Notes under the pieces: model-generated | Databases searched by the model: none | What the model saw: only the letters and a program-made list of their open reading frames with translations | What the model was told of the DNA's origin: nothing | Shown: piece by piece, positions 25,907 to 38,527 of the stretch | How the letters are laid out: every line of letters begins with the position of its first letter | Numbering within the stretch: the first letter of the stretch is position 1 | Assembly: GCA_965249135.1 (NCBI GenBank) | Contig: OZ252220.1 | Location: forward strand, 1,440,001-1,504,000 | DNA: 64,000 nt | Direction: 5' to 3' | Source: Alphaproteobacteria bacterium | Lineage (GTDB): Bacteria; Pseudomonadota; Alphaproteobacteria; GCA-2746255 | Position numbers and translations under genes: made by a program

Positions 25907-26496
25907 GCAAGGTCCCATCCCGCTATGCGCTGCCGCTGGCCTTTCTTGTCGCGATCCTCTTCGGGTTCGCCCTTCTTCTGGTCATGCCGACGCCGAAGGA
26001 AGGAAAGAAGGAAGAGATAATTCCAATCGGCGGGCCCTTTGAGCTTGTCGACGGCACGGGAGCGAGGCGGACGGAAGCCGATTTCAAGGGGCAATATCTG
26101 TTGATCTATTTCGGCTACACTTTCTGCCCGGATATTTGCCCCACCACCCTTCAAACGATGGGCAAGGCGGTCGAACGGCTTGGCGAGAAGGGGAAATTGG
26201 TGACGCCGATCTTCATCACCGTCGATCCGGAACGGGACACCGTCGCGCAGATCGGCCTTTACGTTTCAAACTTTCATCCGCGCTTTGTCGGCTTGACCGG
26301 CACGCGTGAGCAGATCGCCGCCGCCGCAAAGGCTTACCGCGTCTACTACGCGAAATCGAGCGAGGACGAACACTACCTCGTCGATCACACGTCGATCCTT
26401 TTCTTCATGGGACCGGACGGGCGTTTTCTTCGCCACTTCCGTCACGCAGACACGGCCGAGAAAATTGCCGAAGGGATGGCACGCTCCTTGAATTGA
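25903..26496 (+). CDS. SCO1/SenC copper chaperone
   Basis: TM anchor, FGYTFCPDICP, ITVDPERD and YLVDH. Confidence 0.93.
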   Translation: MSKVPSRYALPLAFLVAILFGFALLLVMPTPKEGKKEEIIPIGGPFELVDGTGARRTEADFKGQYLLIYFGYTFCPDICPTTLQTMGKAVERLGEKGKLVTPIFITVDPERDTVAQIGLYVSNFHPRFVGLTGTREQIAAAAKAYRVYYAKSSEDEHYLVDHTSILFFMGPDGRFLRHFRHADTAEKIAEGMARSLN

Positions 26497-26520
26497 GGCA
26501 CGCACCCGAAGGATGCGCCT

Positions 26521-28989
<2,469 letters not shown>

Positions 28990-29018
28990 TTAGATACCGT
29001 TCTTCGTCCGAATGTCTG

Positions 29019-30194
29019 TCACGCTTCCGGGATGGCCGCTCCGTCGAGGACCCGAAAAAACTGTGCTCGGCCCGCCAGCGGCCGGAAGATGGAGGCTTCC
29101 GTCCCCGTCATCCAGGCTTGCGCCCCCAACGCCTCGATCGCATCGAAGAGCGCCTGACGCCGGGTCGCGTCGAGATGGGCCGCCACCTCGTCGAGCAGGA
29201 GCAGCGGCGGCGTCTTGCGAACTACGCGCTGCAACCGGGCGTCCGCAAGCAGGACGGCGATCAGAAGCGCCTTCTGTTCGCCCGTCGAGCAATCGCTCGC
29301 CGCCACCCCCTTCGTCAGATGGCGGACGGCAAGGTCGCTGCGATGGGGCCCCTCCGTGGCGAGACCGGCGTCCGCATCCCGGCCGCGCAAGGCGGCAAGT
29401 CGGGTCCGGTAACGCTCGGCGATAGCGGGGGCTGCGTCCGTCGCCAGCCAGTCCTCGAGCAAGCCCTTGGTGGCAAGGTCGACGCCTGGGAAGGGGCCCA
29501 CCGCCTCGGCCACCGCCTCGCCCAAATGGTGGACATAGGCGCGGCGCGTCTCGGCGATCGCCACGCCGGTTTCCGCCATCGTCTCCTCAAGCGCGTCGAG
29601 CCAGCCTGGATCGGCAGCCCCTTCCAGAAGGAGGCGGCTGCGCTCGCGCATGGCGCGGCTGTAGTCGGCGAGCCGGGTGGCGTGGGCGGGATCGAAGCCG
29701 AAGGCAAGCCGATCCAGGAAGCGGCGCCGTGCCGACGCCCCGTCCAGGAAGAGGCGGTCCATCTCCGGCGTCAGCCAGGTCGCATGGAGGACGTCGCCGA
29801 GCGTCGCTTGGCTTTTCGGGTCGCGTCCGTTGATCCGAAGCAGGCGCCGGTCGCGACCGCCCTTGATCGCCTTCGGGTCGCGGCCGATGCCGACCTCGAC
29901 CATGCCGTCCGGCGTCTGGACCCCGACGGCGATCGCCCACACGCCGTCGCCCGCCTCCCGGCGCGCAAGGGCGGCGATTTTCGCCCGACGCAGGCCGCGG
30001 CCCGGGACCAGCAGCGAGAGCGCCTCTAAGAGGTTCGTCTTGCCGGCCCCGTTCGGCCCCGTCAGCACGACGGAACTCGCCTCGGGCGAAAGACGCAGCG
30101 TCCCATAATTCCGGAAATCCGTAAGCTGCAGGCGGCGCACCGCGAGGGTGGCGGCAGCCGCCGGCCGCGTGGCCGCAAGGGGATTCGTGCTCAT
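29019..30194 (-). CDS. recF: DNA replication/repair protein RecF
   Basis: FRNY, GPNGAGKTN, GPHRSDL, STGEQK and LLLDEVAAHLD. Confidence 0.96.
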   Translation of the reverse strand: MSTNPLAATRPAAAATLAVRRLQLTDFRNYGTLRLSPEASSVVLTGPNGAGKTNLLEALSLLVPGRGLRRAKIAALARREAGDGVWAIAVGVQTPDGMVEVGIGRDPKAIKGGRDRRLLRINGRDPKSQATLGDVLHATWLTPEMDRLFLDGASARRRFLDRLAFGFDPAHATRLADYSRAMRERSRLLLEGAADPGWLDALEETMAETGVAIAETRRAYVHHLGEAVAEAVGPFPGVDLATKGLLEDWLATDAAPAIAERYRTRLAALRGRDADAGLATEGPHRSDLAVRHLTKGVAASDCSTGEQKALLIAVLLADARLQRVVRKTPPLLLLDEVAAHLDATRRQALFDAIEALGAQAWMTGTEASIFRPLAGRAQFFRVLDGAAIPEA

Positions 30195-30207
30195 GGGCGC
30201 GACTTGC

Positions 30208-31329
30208 TCATACGCGCATCGGCATCAGGACATAGAGCGCGCTTCCTTCGGCGAGGTCGCGCAGGATCGTCGGCGAGCTGGCATCGGCCAGCATCAACTC
30301 GACGTCTTCGCCTTCGATCTGCTGAGCGATGTCGAGAAGGTAACGGGCGTTGAAGCCGATCTCGATCGGATCGGCATCGTATTTCACCGCAAGCTCCTCC
30401 GAGGCGGTGCCGCTTTCCTCGGAGCTGGCCGACAAAAGCAGCTTGCCGGGAGAAAGCCCCAGCTTCACGGACCGGGATTTCTCGATCGAGATCGTCGAGA
30501 CCCGGTCGACGGCCTCCGAGAATTCGCGGCGATTGACGACGAGCGCCTTGTCGTTCTGGGTGGGAATGACCCGCCCGTAGTCCGGGAAGGTGCCGTCGAT
30601 GAGCTTCGAGGTGAGGACGGCGCCGGCAACGGTGAAGCGGACCCGCGTCTCGGAAAGTCCCACCTCGACGGGATTTGCTGCTTCCTCTATCAGCTTGCCA
30701 AGCTCGAGCACCGCCTTGCGGGGCAGGATGACGCCCGGTATGTCGGCCGCCCCCTCGGGCAGCGGCATCTCGACCCGGGCCAGCCGATGGCCGTCCGTCG
30801 CCACCGCCCGAAGGACATCGGTATCCCCGCTCTTCGTCGCATGGAGAAAGATGCCGTTCAGGTAGTAGCGGGTCTCTTCGGTCGAAATGGCGAAACTGGT
30901 GTGCTCGATGAGGTTGCGCAGATCGCCTGCCTCGAGCGTGAAGTTATGGGAAAGCTGATCGCCAGGGATGGCGGGAAATTCCTCGACCGGAAGCGTGCTC
31001 AGCGCGAAATTCGAGCGCCCTGCGCTCAAATTCAGCCGGGCGGCGTTCGCGTCATAGTCGAAGGCGATCTGGGCGCCCTCCGGCAGCTTGCGGACGATGT
31101 CGTAAAGCGTGTGCGCCGGGGCCGTCGCCTGCCCCTTGTTCCCAACGTCCGCGGCCAGGGCCTCGACGATGGTGAGCTCCATGTCCGTCGCCGTCAGATT
31201 CAAGCCGCCCTTCTCGGCGGAAAGCAGAACGTTCGAGAGAACCGGGATCGTCGTCCGACGCTCGACGACTCGCCGAACATGTCCCAAGGACTTGAGAAGC
31301 GTCGTGCGTTCGATGGTGAATTTCATCAC
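30208..31329 (-). CDS. dnaN: DNA polymerase III beta clamp
   Basis: ATDMEL, ETRYYLNG, VATDGHRL, SKLIDGTFPDY and VLMPMRV. Confidence 0.98.
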   Translation of the reverse strand: MMKFTIERTTLLKSLGHVRRVVERRTTIPVLSNVLLSAEKGGLNLTATDMELTIVEALAADVGNKGQATAPAHTLYDIVRKLPEGAQIAFDYDANAARLNLSAGRSNFALSTLPVEEFPAIPGDQLSHNFTLEAGDLRNLIEHTSFAISTEETRYYLNGIFLHATKSGDTDVLRAVATDGHRLARVEMPLPEGAADIPGVILPRKAVLELGKLIEEAANPVEVGLSETRVRFTVAGAVLTSKLIDGTFPDYGRVIPTQNDKALVVNRREFSEAVDRVSTISIEKSRSVKLGLSPGKLLLSASSEESGTASEELAVKYDADPIEIGFNARYLLDIAQQIEGEDVELMLADASSPTILRDLAEGSALYVLMPMRV

Positions 31330-31488
31330 AAGCTGCGGTTTCTAAAGCGGTTTTTGGGGCAAGAAATCTCGCCCGCGGTCTGCCCGACGGATGCCGTTAA
31401 AACGCAGCGGAATTGGGCCTCCGAATCGGACAAACATTATATCACAAGCCGTTGGTTTCCGAAGTCTTTTTCAGGACTTTCCGACGCG

Positions 31489-31516
31489 AAAAAAGGGCGA
31501 AAAACCGCCCTCTTTT
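31489..31516 (-). terminator. Probable intrinsic terminator downstream of dnaA
   Basis: Minus strand AGGGCG-GTTTTT-CGCCCT followed by a T run. Confidence 0.55.
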
Positions 31517-31540
31517 CCGCTTCGAAAAACGGGGTTTCGG

Positions 31541-32944
31541 CTAACTCTCGAGCATGCGGCGAAGGAGTTCGATGTCTTCCGAAAAACTCGGGTCGAGGCC
31601 GCGCAATTCTTCGATTTTGCGTACGGCGTGCATGACGGTCGTATGATCCCGACCGCCGAATTTGCGGCCGATTTCAGGAAGCGACCGCGGCGTAAGTTGC
31701 TTCGCCAAGTACATCGCCACCTGCCGCGGCCGGGCGACCGCACGCGAGCGGCGATCGGAATGCATGTCGGAGACCCGGATGTTGAAATGCTCGGCCACGC
31801 GTTTTTGGATTTCCTCGATCGTGACCCGGCGCTCGTTCGCCCTCAGGAGGTCCTGCAGCACCTCCTGGGTCCCTTCCAGGGTGATGTCCTGACCAATCAG
31901 GGTCGAATGGGCGATGACGCGGGTCAGCGCCCCTTCAAGCTCGCGGATATTCGAGGTGATCCGATGGGCCAGGAATTCCATCACCTTCACCGGCACGACG
32001 ATCCCCATCTGTTCCGCCTTCGACTGCAGGATGCCGAGGCGCAGCTCGTAGGTGGTCGCGTGAATGTCGGCGACGAGCCCCCAGCCCAGCCGCGAGCGCA
32101 GCCGTTCTTCCAGCCGATCCAGGTCGGAAGGGGATTTGTCGGCGGAAATGATGATCTGGCGGTTCCGATCGACCAGCGCGTTGAAGGTGTGGAAGAACTC
32201 CTCTTGAGTGGCGTCCTTGTCCGCCATGAACTGGACGTCATCGATCATGAGCACGTCGACGGAACGGAACAAGTCCTTGAAAGCCATCGTATTCTTGAAG
32301 CGGAGCGCGCGGATGAAGAGGTACATGAACTTCTCGGCCGACAGGTACACGACCTTGCGGGCCGCCTCGCGTTCGCGGATGTGCCAGGCGATCGCGTGCA
32401 TGAGATGGGTCTTGCCGAGCCCGACCCCGCCATAAAGAAAGAGGGGGTTGAAGGGCACCTCCTTTGTCTCGACGACGCGACGGGCCGCCGCATGGGCTAA
32501 TTCGTTCGGTTTACCGACGACGAAATTATCGAAAGTGAAACGCGGATCGAGAGGGGCGGCGACCTCTTCCAGCGTCCAGGCGCGGTTGCCCGCCGGCAGG
32601 CTGACGCTTTCGACGGCGACGCCGGCTTCGGCCGCCACCTGTTCGGCGCCGACTTCCGGGCCCCCCGGCTTCGAGCGCATTCCGCGCACGGTAAAATCGA
32701 TGCCGCCGAGGGAGGGATTGCGCGCCGCCCACAATTCACGGATGCGGTCGGCATATTTCGACTGGATCCAGTCGCGCATGAAACGGGTCGGCACGGAAAG
32801 CATCACGCCGTCGTTCGAGATGGATTCGATCTCAAGCAGGCTCAGCCAGCTCTTGAAGATCGCTTCGCCGAATTCCGCCTCGAGCTCCTTGCAGACGAGG
32901 CCCCATTCCGCGCTGGCAGAGGCGTCCCCGTCCTTCCCGGTCAT
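31541..32944 (-). CDS. dnaA: Chromosomal replication initiator DnaA
   Basis: FTFDNFVVG, GGVGLGKTHL, DDVQF, QEEFFHTFN and FGGRDHTTV. Confidence 0.98.
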   Translation of the reverse strand: MTGKDGDASASAEWGLVCKELEAEFGEAIFKSWLSLLEIESISNDGVMLSVPTRFMRDWIQSKYADRIRELWAARNPSLGGIDFTVRGMRSKPGGPEVGAEQVAAEAGVAVESVSLPAGNRAWTLEEVAAPLDPRFTFDNFVVGKPNELAHAAARRVVETKEVPFNPLFLYGGVGLGKTHLMHAIAWHIREREAARKVVYLSAEKFMYLFIRALRFKNTMAFKDLFRSVDVLMIDDVQFMADKDATQEEFFHTFNALVDRNRQIIISADKSPSDLDRLEERLRSRLGWGLVADIHATTYELRLGILQSKAEQMGIVVPVKVMEFLAHRITSNIRELEGALTRVIAHSTLIGQDITLEGTQEVLQDLLRANERRVTIEEIQKRVAEHFNIRVSDMHSDRRSRAVARPRQVAMYLAKQLTPRSLPEIGRKFGGRDHTTVMHAVRKIEELRGLDPSFSEDIELLRRMLES

Positions 32945-33127
32945 GGGCGAGCCTCCAAGGCTTGAGAATCGGGCAAAAACCCAAGGAATTTCAGTGGAAA
33001 AGCTGCCGCCGTTAGGCGGCCCCGGAGGGAAGTAGTGCGGATGGAGGCGGTCTTTGATTCATCTTCGATGTGCAGATTTGCCGATTTGAGCCATGCATTG
33101 CGCTTCGCCCAGAGCGACATGCCCCCC

Positions 33128-33153
33128 TCCCTAAAAACGTCCCTAAAAACGTC
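33128..33153. repeat. Exact 12-bp tandem duplication TCCCTAAAAACG x2 in the dnaA leader
   Basis: 33128-33139 is identical to 33140-33151. Confidence 0.85.
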
Positions 33154-33323
33154 AGGCGATTTCGAACCGCCCACTTAATTGCACACGAAAAAACTTACCG
33201 GGAAAATTTACAAACGAACTGAAACGTCCTCCCGGAATTTTTGCTTATGTCATCTCCGAAGATTTCGAAACGGCGGCGGTAAAACTTCTCCGCCCACTCA
33301 CCCCGCTCCGCAAAAGAGGGGTA

Positions 33324-33352
33324 AGACTAGCCACAGTCGGGGCCGTTGGCAA
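33324..33352 (-). promoter_or_regulatory. Candidate sigma70 promoter for dnaA
   Basis: Minus strand TTGCCA-N17-TAGTCT. Confidence 0.45.
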
Positions 33353-33480
33353 CCCGGTCGAAAGGAGAACACAAAAAAATTTTAGCGCTTGACAGGCGCC
33401 GAATTACGTCGCGCAAACGCAATAAGATGACAGCCGCACTACCGGCGCAGCAAGCTCGTCAGGCCCTGATGGATTTCAGG

Positions 33481-33741
33481 TTAAAGCGCTTTGATTCTTG
33501 CCGAGAGGCGCGACAGTTTGCGTGTCGCCGTGTTCTTTTTGATCACTCCCCTCGTCACGCCGCGCATGATTTCCGGCTGCGCCGTGCGGAGCGCTTCGGC
33601 CGCTTCTTTTTTCTTGCCTTCCAGGATCGCCGTCTCGACCTTTTTCAGGAAGGTGCGAACGCGTGTGCGCCGCGCCCGATTGGTCGCGGTCCGTTTTTCG
33701 ATTTGGCGGGCTCGTTTCTTGGCCGATGTCGTATTCGCCAT
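33481..33741 (-). CDS. rpsT: 30S ribosomal protein S20
   Basis: [24 protein letters not shown]. Confidence 0.97.
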   Translation of the reverse strand: MANTTSAKKRARQIEKRTATNRARRTRVRTFLKKVETAILEGKKKEAAEALRTAQPEIMRGVTRGVIKKNTATRKLSRLSARIKAL

Positions 33742-33774
33742 ACTGGACTTCCGATCCCTTTACCTGAACGCGGG

Positions 33775-33804
33775 GTTATAGCGTCCCCGTCCCCCGATCG
33801 TCAA
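33775..33804 (-). promoter_or_regulatory. Candidate sigma70 promoter for rpsT
   Basis: Minus strand TTGACG-N18-TATAAC, about 35 nt upstream of the ATG. Confidence 0.6.
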
Positions 33805-33816
33805 GGCAGGGCAGGT

Positions 33817-34590
33817 CTAGCGGTGCTTCCATTGCGGGCTTCGCTTGTCGACGAAGGCCGCCATCCCCTCCTCACGGTCCTCGGTGGCCAGGGTGAGGTT
33901 GAAGAGGCGGTGCTCGAGCGTGCGGCCCGCCTGCAGCGACGTCTCGTAAGCGGCGTTCACCGCCTCCTTCGCCATCCGCGTAACGGGGAGCGAGAGGGAG
34001 GCGATCTTCTCCCCCAGTTTCACCGCCTCATCGACCAGCGCCGCCGCCGGCACGACGCGGGTGGCAAGGCCGGTGCGTTCGGCTTCTTCTGCTTCCATCA
34101 TCCGTCCGGTCAGACACATTTCCATCGCCTTCGACTTGCCGATGACGCGGGTCAGCCGTTGGGTGCCGCCGGCGCCCGGCATCGTACCGATCGTGATTTC
34201 CGGCAGTCCCAGTTTCGCGGTGTCGGCAACGATCAGGATGTCGCACATCATCGCGATTTCGAGTCCTCCGCCTAGCGCATAACCCGCCACCGCGGCAATC
34301 GTCGGCTTGTTGCAACGGGAAACGCATTCCCAGTCATTCGTGAAGGTCACCGCATGGGCTTCTGCCGGTGTCATTTGACGAAGCTCTTTGATATCCGCGC
34401 CGGCGGCGAAGGCCTTCTCGCTGCCGGTCAGCACGATTGCCCCGATCCCGTCATCCGCCATGAAGCCATCCAGGGCTTGGCTCACCTCGGCGATCAGCGC
34501 CCGGCAAAGCGCGTTCAGCGCGTTGGGCCGGTTCAGCACGATCAACCCGACTCGACCACGGGTTTCGACGCGAATGTTTTCGTATGCCAT
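33817..34590 (-). CDS. Enoyl-CoA hydratase
   Basis: LNRPNALNAL, AFAAGADI, ALGGGLE and PEITIGTMPGAGGTQRL. Confidence 0.93.
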   Translation of the reverse strand: MAYENIRVETRGRVGLIVLNRPNALNALCRALIAEVSQALDGFMADDGIGAIVLTGSEKAFAAGADIKELRQMTPAEAHAVTFTNDWECVSRCNKPTIAAVAGYALGGGLEIAMMCDILIVADTAKLGLPEITIGTMPGAGGTQRLTRVIGKSKAMEMCLTGRMMEAEEAERTGLATRVVPAAALVDEAVKLGEKIASLSLPVTRMAKEAVNAAYETSLQAGRTLEHRLFNLTLATEDREEGMAAFVDKRSPQWKHR

Positions 34591-34623
34591 CGATCACTCC
34601 TGTCTGTTTCCGGCTGCCTCTGC

Positions 34624-35031
34624 CTAGTTCGGTGAGAGGGAAAAACGAACGCGCAGAGGCTTATCGTTTGCTTCGAATTCGATGCGAAGCACCTCGCCCT
34701 CGCGATGAAAGGTGGCCTTTCCTTCGAGCGTCCAACCGAGCTGGGGAAGGGTGTTCGCATAAAAATCGAGGACGTCGGCCTCGGACACCTCTCCTTCTGC
34801 AAGCGAGATGATGATGCGTCCGGCCGGCTTGTCGAAGACGACGCCGGCCTCTTCGAGTTCGGTGAGTTCCCGCATCAGGGGGAGGTCCTGGATGCCGCGC
34901 AAGTAAGCGCGGGAGACTTCCGCCGCTTCCGCGAGCGGCGCGGCACCTGCCACCGAGAGAGCCGCCGCCACAAGAAGCGCACACCCGATGCCCTGGCAAA
35001 TCCGTCGAAGCGAAACCGCAGCTGCGTACAT
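34624..35031 (-). CDS. Conserved exported hypothetical protein
   Basis: Signal-peptide-like N-terminus and DLPLM..VFDKPAGRI..FYANTLPQLGW; fits between mutM and the hydratase gene. Confidence 0.7.
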   Translation of the reverse strand: MYAAAVSLRRICQGIGCALLVAAALSVAGAAPLAEAAEVSRAYLRGIQDLPLMRELTELEEAGVVFDKPAGRIIISLAEGEVSEADVLDFYANTLPQLGWTLEGKATFHREGEVLRIEFEANDKPLRVRFSLSPN

Positions 35032-35044
35032 GATTTACGTTCCT

Positions 35045-35875
35045 CTAGCGCTGACGCTTTGGACAATAATACGTCGAACGTCCCGCCTGCCGGCAACGCC
35101 GGACCCCACCTTCGCAGTCGCAGGCAGGGCAGCGAAGCCCCTCCCGATCATAAACCGCGAAATGGTGCTGAAAATAGCCAAGCTCGCCGGACGGTTGCGC
35201 ATGATCCCGAAGGGAGGAGCCGCCAGCCGCAATTGCCTGGTCAAGGACGCGCCGGATGGCGTCGGCCAGCTTCCTGGCGCGCCCGCCGCGGACCGAAGAT
35301 GCGCGCCTTCTAGGAGAAAGCCCCGACCAATAGAGGCTTTCACACACATAAATGTTGCCAAGGCCGGCAACGACGTGCTGGTCGAGAAGGACCGTCTTCA
35401 AAGGCCCCTTTCGCCGCTCTAACCTTTCCATGAGGCACGCCGCCCCGAAGCCTTCGGAAAGGGGGTCCGGGCCCATCTCTTTAAGCAGAGGATGGGCGGC
35501 AAGGCTAGCCGCATCGCTCAAGGCGAAAAGCCCGAAACGCCGCGGATCGCTGAATCGGATCCACATCCCCGCTTCCGTCTCGAAATCGACATGGTCGTGG
35601 GAGGAAGGGGCGGGGGGCGCGCCCTGAAAGAGCGCCATCCGGCCCGACATGCCTAGATGCTGCAAGACGACGGTGCCGTCCTCGAAATGCCAAAGCAAGT
35701 ATTTGCCGCGACGCGTGAGTTCCTGCACGCGCTTGTCTTCGAGACGGGATGCGAAATCCAGCGGGATCGGCCTTCGAAGATCGCCGCGTCGAACGATGAC
35801 GCCCGCCAGGCGATGGCCTTCAAGATAGGGCTGCAAGCCGCGGCGGACGGTTTCGACTTCCGGAAGTTCGGGCAT
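35045..35875 (-). CDS. mutM: Formamidopyrimidine-DNA glycosylase
   Basis: MPELPEVE, RRGKYL, HLGMSG, GLGNIY and a C-terminal Cys4 zinc finger. Confidence 0.97.
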   Translation of the reverse strand: MPELPEVETVRRGLQPYLEGHRLAGVIVRRGDLRRPIPLDFASRLEDKRVQELTRRGKYLLWHFEDGTVVLQHLGMSGRMALFQGAPPAPSSHDHVDFETEAGMWIRFSDPRRFGLFALSDAASLAAHPLLKEMGPDPLSEGFGAACLMERLERRKGPLKTVLLDQHVVAGLGNIYVCESLYWSGLSPRRRASSVRGGRARKLADAIRRVLDQAIAAGGSSLRDHAQPSGELGYFQHHFAVYDREGLRCPACDCEGGVRRCRQAGRSTYYCPKRQR

Positions 35876-35926
35876 GATCCGGCAAGGTAGCGCCTTCCCA
35901 GGCGCTCGGCTATCTTCACCAACGGA

Positions 35927-36724
35927 ATGGAAACGGAAAGGCCGAACGACGGCGGCGAAGAGACGACCGATTTCGGGTTTCGCCGGGTGCCGCCAGCGGC
36001 GAAAACGAAACTCGTCGACGACGTCTTCGCCCGGGTCGCATCGCGCTACGACCTCATGAACGATCTTATGAGCGGCGGCATCCACCGCCTATGGAAACGC
36101 GTGCTCATCGACCATCTCAACCCGCGGCCAGGCATGCGCCTTCTCGACGTGGCGGGAGGGACGGGCGACATCGCCTTTCGTTTTTTGGATCGCGCCCAGG
36201 CGACGGCGAAGGGACGTGACGAGCCGGCAGACACCGAAGCCTTCATCTGCGATCGCAACGAAGCGATGCTGCGCATCGGAGCGAACCGTGCCATCGACCG
36301 GGGACATTTGCGCGGCCTTCGATGGATCGATGGCGATGCGGAAGCGTTGCCCATCGCATCGGCAAGCGTGGATGCCTACGTCATCTCGTTTGGGCTTCGC
36401 AACGTCACGCGGATCGATGCGGCGCTGGAGGAGGCGGCGCGCGTGCTGAAACCCGGCGGACATTTTCTCTGCCTGGAGTTCAGCCGGGTCCTTCTGCCGG
36501 GACTAGCCGGGCTTTATGACGCCTACTCCTTTCACGTGATTCCGCTTCTAGGCCAGATCGTCGCCAAGGACCGGGAGGCCTATCGCTACCTCGTCGAAAG
36601 CATTCGCCGCTTTCCTTCGCAGGAAGATTTAAGCGCACGCCTTCGCGCCACCGGCCTTAAGCGGGTGCGGGTGCGCAACCTGTCTGGCGGCATCGCCGCC
36701 ATCCACTCGGCCTGGCGCGTGTGA
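35927..36724 (+). CDS. ubiE: Ubiquinone/menaquinone C-methyltransferase
   Basis: YDLMNDLMSGGIHRLWK, LDVAGGTGD, FGLRNV and YLVESIRRFP. Confidence 0.94.
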   Translation: METERPNDGGEETTDFGFRRVPPAAKTKLVDDVFARVASRYDLMNDLMSGGIHRLWKRVLIDHLNPRPGMRLLDVAGGTGDIAFRFLDRAQATAKGRDEPADTEAFICDRNEAMLRIGANRAIDRGHLRGLRWIDGDAEALPIASASVDAYVISFGLRNVTRIDAALEEAARVLKPGGHFLCLEFSRVLLPGLAGLYDAYSFHVIPLLGQIVAKDREAYRYLVESIRRFPSQEDLSARLRATGLKRVRVRNLSGGIAAIHSAWRV

Positions 36725-36857
36725 GCTTTCTGAAAAAACAGGGAATCGCCAGGGAATCGAACGCCTTAAAATGGCTCCTTGTCTGTCCCCGCACCGCCCC
36801 ATACATTAATAACGACTTTCTTTCGTAGTTTATCGCCTTTCACACGCAAAGCCCCTC

Positions 36858-38060
36858 ATGCTCGACGGCAAGCGCATTTTGCTCATCGTTTCTGGCGGCA
36901 TCGCCGCCTACAAGGCCCTCGACCTCATCCGCCGGTTGAAGGAGCGGGGAGCAAGCGTGCGCGCCATCCTGACGAAGGGCGGGGCGGAATTCGTAACCCC
37001 GCTTTCCATCGCGGCCTTAAGCGGCGAGAAGGTCTATCAGGACCTCTTCTCACTGACGGATGAAAGCGAGATGGGCCATATCCGGCTTTCCCGCGAGGCG
37101 GATCTTATCGTCGTCGCGCCGGCAAGCGCGGACCTGCTGGCCCGGATGGTGGCCGGCATCGCAGACGACCTGGCAACGACGGCGCTTTTGGCGACCGACA
37201 AGCCGGTGCTGGTGGCGCCCGCCATGAACGTGGAAATGTGGGCGAATGCCGCTACGCAAGCGAATCTGGCGCTGTTGGAGGCCCGTGGTCTCCTTCGCAT
37301 CGGGCCTGCCGCCGGCGATTTGGCCTGTGGCGAGACGGGCCCCGGCCGGATGGTGGAAGCGGCCGAAATCTTGAGCGCGATCGCGCATTTCTTCGAACGC
37401 CCGACTCCCCTTCATGGGCGGCGCGCGCTGGTGACCAGCGGCCCCACCCACGAGCCGATCGACCCCGTGCGCTACCTCTCGAACCGCTCCTCCGGCAAGC
37501 AGGGCCATGCGATCGCGAGCGCGCTGGCCCGGCTCGGTGCGGAGACGGTGCTGGTGACGGGCCCGACGCGGCAGACGCCGCCGCCGCTCGTGCGCGTGCG
37601 TGCCGTGACGACGGCCGAAGAAATGCTCGCCGCCTGCACGGACGAACTGCCGGTCGAAATCGCCATTTGTGCGGCCGCCGTCGCCGACTGGCGGCCCATC
37701 GCCAAGCCGAACCAAAAGCTCAAGAAGGATGGGCGTCCGCCCGTGTTTGAGCTTCAGGAGACCCCGGATATCCTGGCACATTTAAGCGCATCCGGACCCC
37801 ACCGCCCGAACCTTGTCATCGGCTTTGCCGCCGAGACCGAGAACCTGATTGCGAACGCCGAGGCGAAACGCGCACGCAAGGGCTGTGACTGGATGCTGGC
37901 GAACGACGTCTCCGATGACAGCGGAACGCTCGGCGGTGATCTCAACACGATCCACTTCCTCTCACCGGACGGGGTCGAAGACTGGCCGACCCAAAGCAAG
38001 GACGCCGTCGCCGGCGCGCTAGCCGAGCGCATCGTCGCCCATTTCGAAGGCAGCGCATGA
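36858..38060 (+). CDS. coaBC: Phosphopantothenoylcysteine decarboxylase/ligase
   Basis: [40 protein letters not shown] and GFAAET. Confidence 0.96.
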   Translation: MLDGKRILLIVSGGIAAYKALDLIRRLKERGASVRAILTKGGAEFVTPLSIAALSGEKVYQDLFSLTDESEMGHIRLSREADLIVVAPASADLLARMVAGIADDLATTALLATDKPVLVAPAMNVEMWANAATQANLALLEARGLLRIGPAAGDLACGETGPGRMVEAAEILSAIAHFFERPTPLHGRRALVTSGPTHEPIDPVRYLSNRSSGKQGHAIASALARLGAETVLVTGPTRQTPPPLVRVRAVTTAEEMLAACTDELPVEIAICAAAVADWRPIAKPNQKLKKDGRPPVFELQETPDILAHLSASGPHRPNLVIGFAAETENLIANAEAKRARKGCDWMLANDVSDDSGTLGGDLNTIHFLSPDGVEDWPTQSKDAVAGALAERIVAHFEGSA

Positions 38061-38527
38061 GTCCGATCCCGGTGACGATTGAACGCCTTCCCCACGGCAA
38101 GGACCTTGACCTGCCGACTTACGCAACGGATTTAAGCGCCGGCGTCGACTTGATGGCGGCGAACCGCGAGGCGCTGACGCTCTTGCCCGGCGAACGGACG
38201 CTGGTGCCCACCGGCATCCGGATCGCGCTTCCGGAGGGCTTCGAAGCGCAAGTCAGGCCACGATCCGGCCTTGCCCTTCGCCACGGCATCACCGTCCTCA
38301 ACGGCCCCGGCACGATCGACGCCGACTACCGTGGCGAGATCGCCGTCCTGCTCGTCAATCTGGGGGACGCCACCTTTACGGTCGAACGGGGCATGCGGAT
38401 CGCCCAGCTGGTCGTTGCGGCCGTCGCCCGCGTCGCTTGGCAAGAGGCGCCGGCGCTCTCGACGAGCGAGCGGGGCGAGGGCGGCTTCGGCTCGACCGGC
38501 CTTCACGTCAAACGGGCAGGCGAGTGA
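38057..38527 (+). CDS. dut: dUTPase
   Basis: [25 protein letters not shown] and [10 protein letters not shown]. Confidence 0.97.
   Translation: MSPIPVTIERLPHGKDLDLPTYATDLSAGVDLMAANREALTLLPGERTLVPTGIRIALPEGFEAQVRPRSGLALRHGITVLNGPGTIDADYRGEIAVLLVNLGDATFTVERGMRIAQLVVAAVARVAWQEAPALSTSERGEGGFGSTGLHVKRAGE

Noticed and set aside
31330-33480. oriC next to dnaA
   Set aside because: No TTATCCACA-like DnaA box cluster or AT-rich unwinding repeats were seen on either side of dnaA; alphaproteobacterial origins often lie elsewhere.
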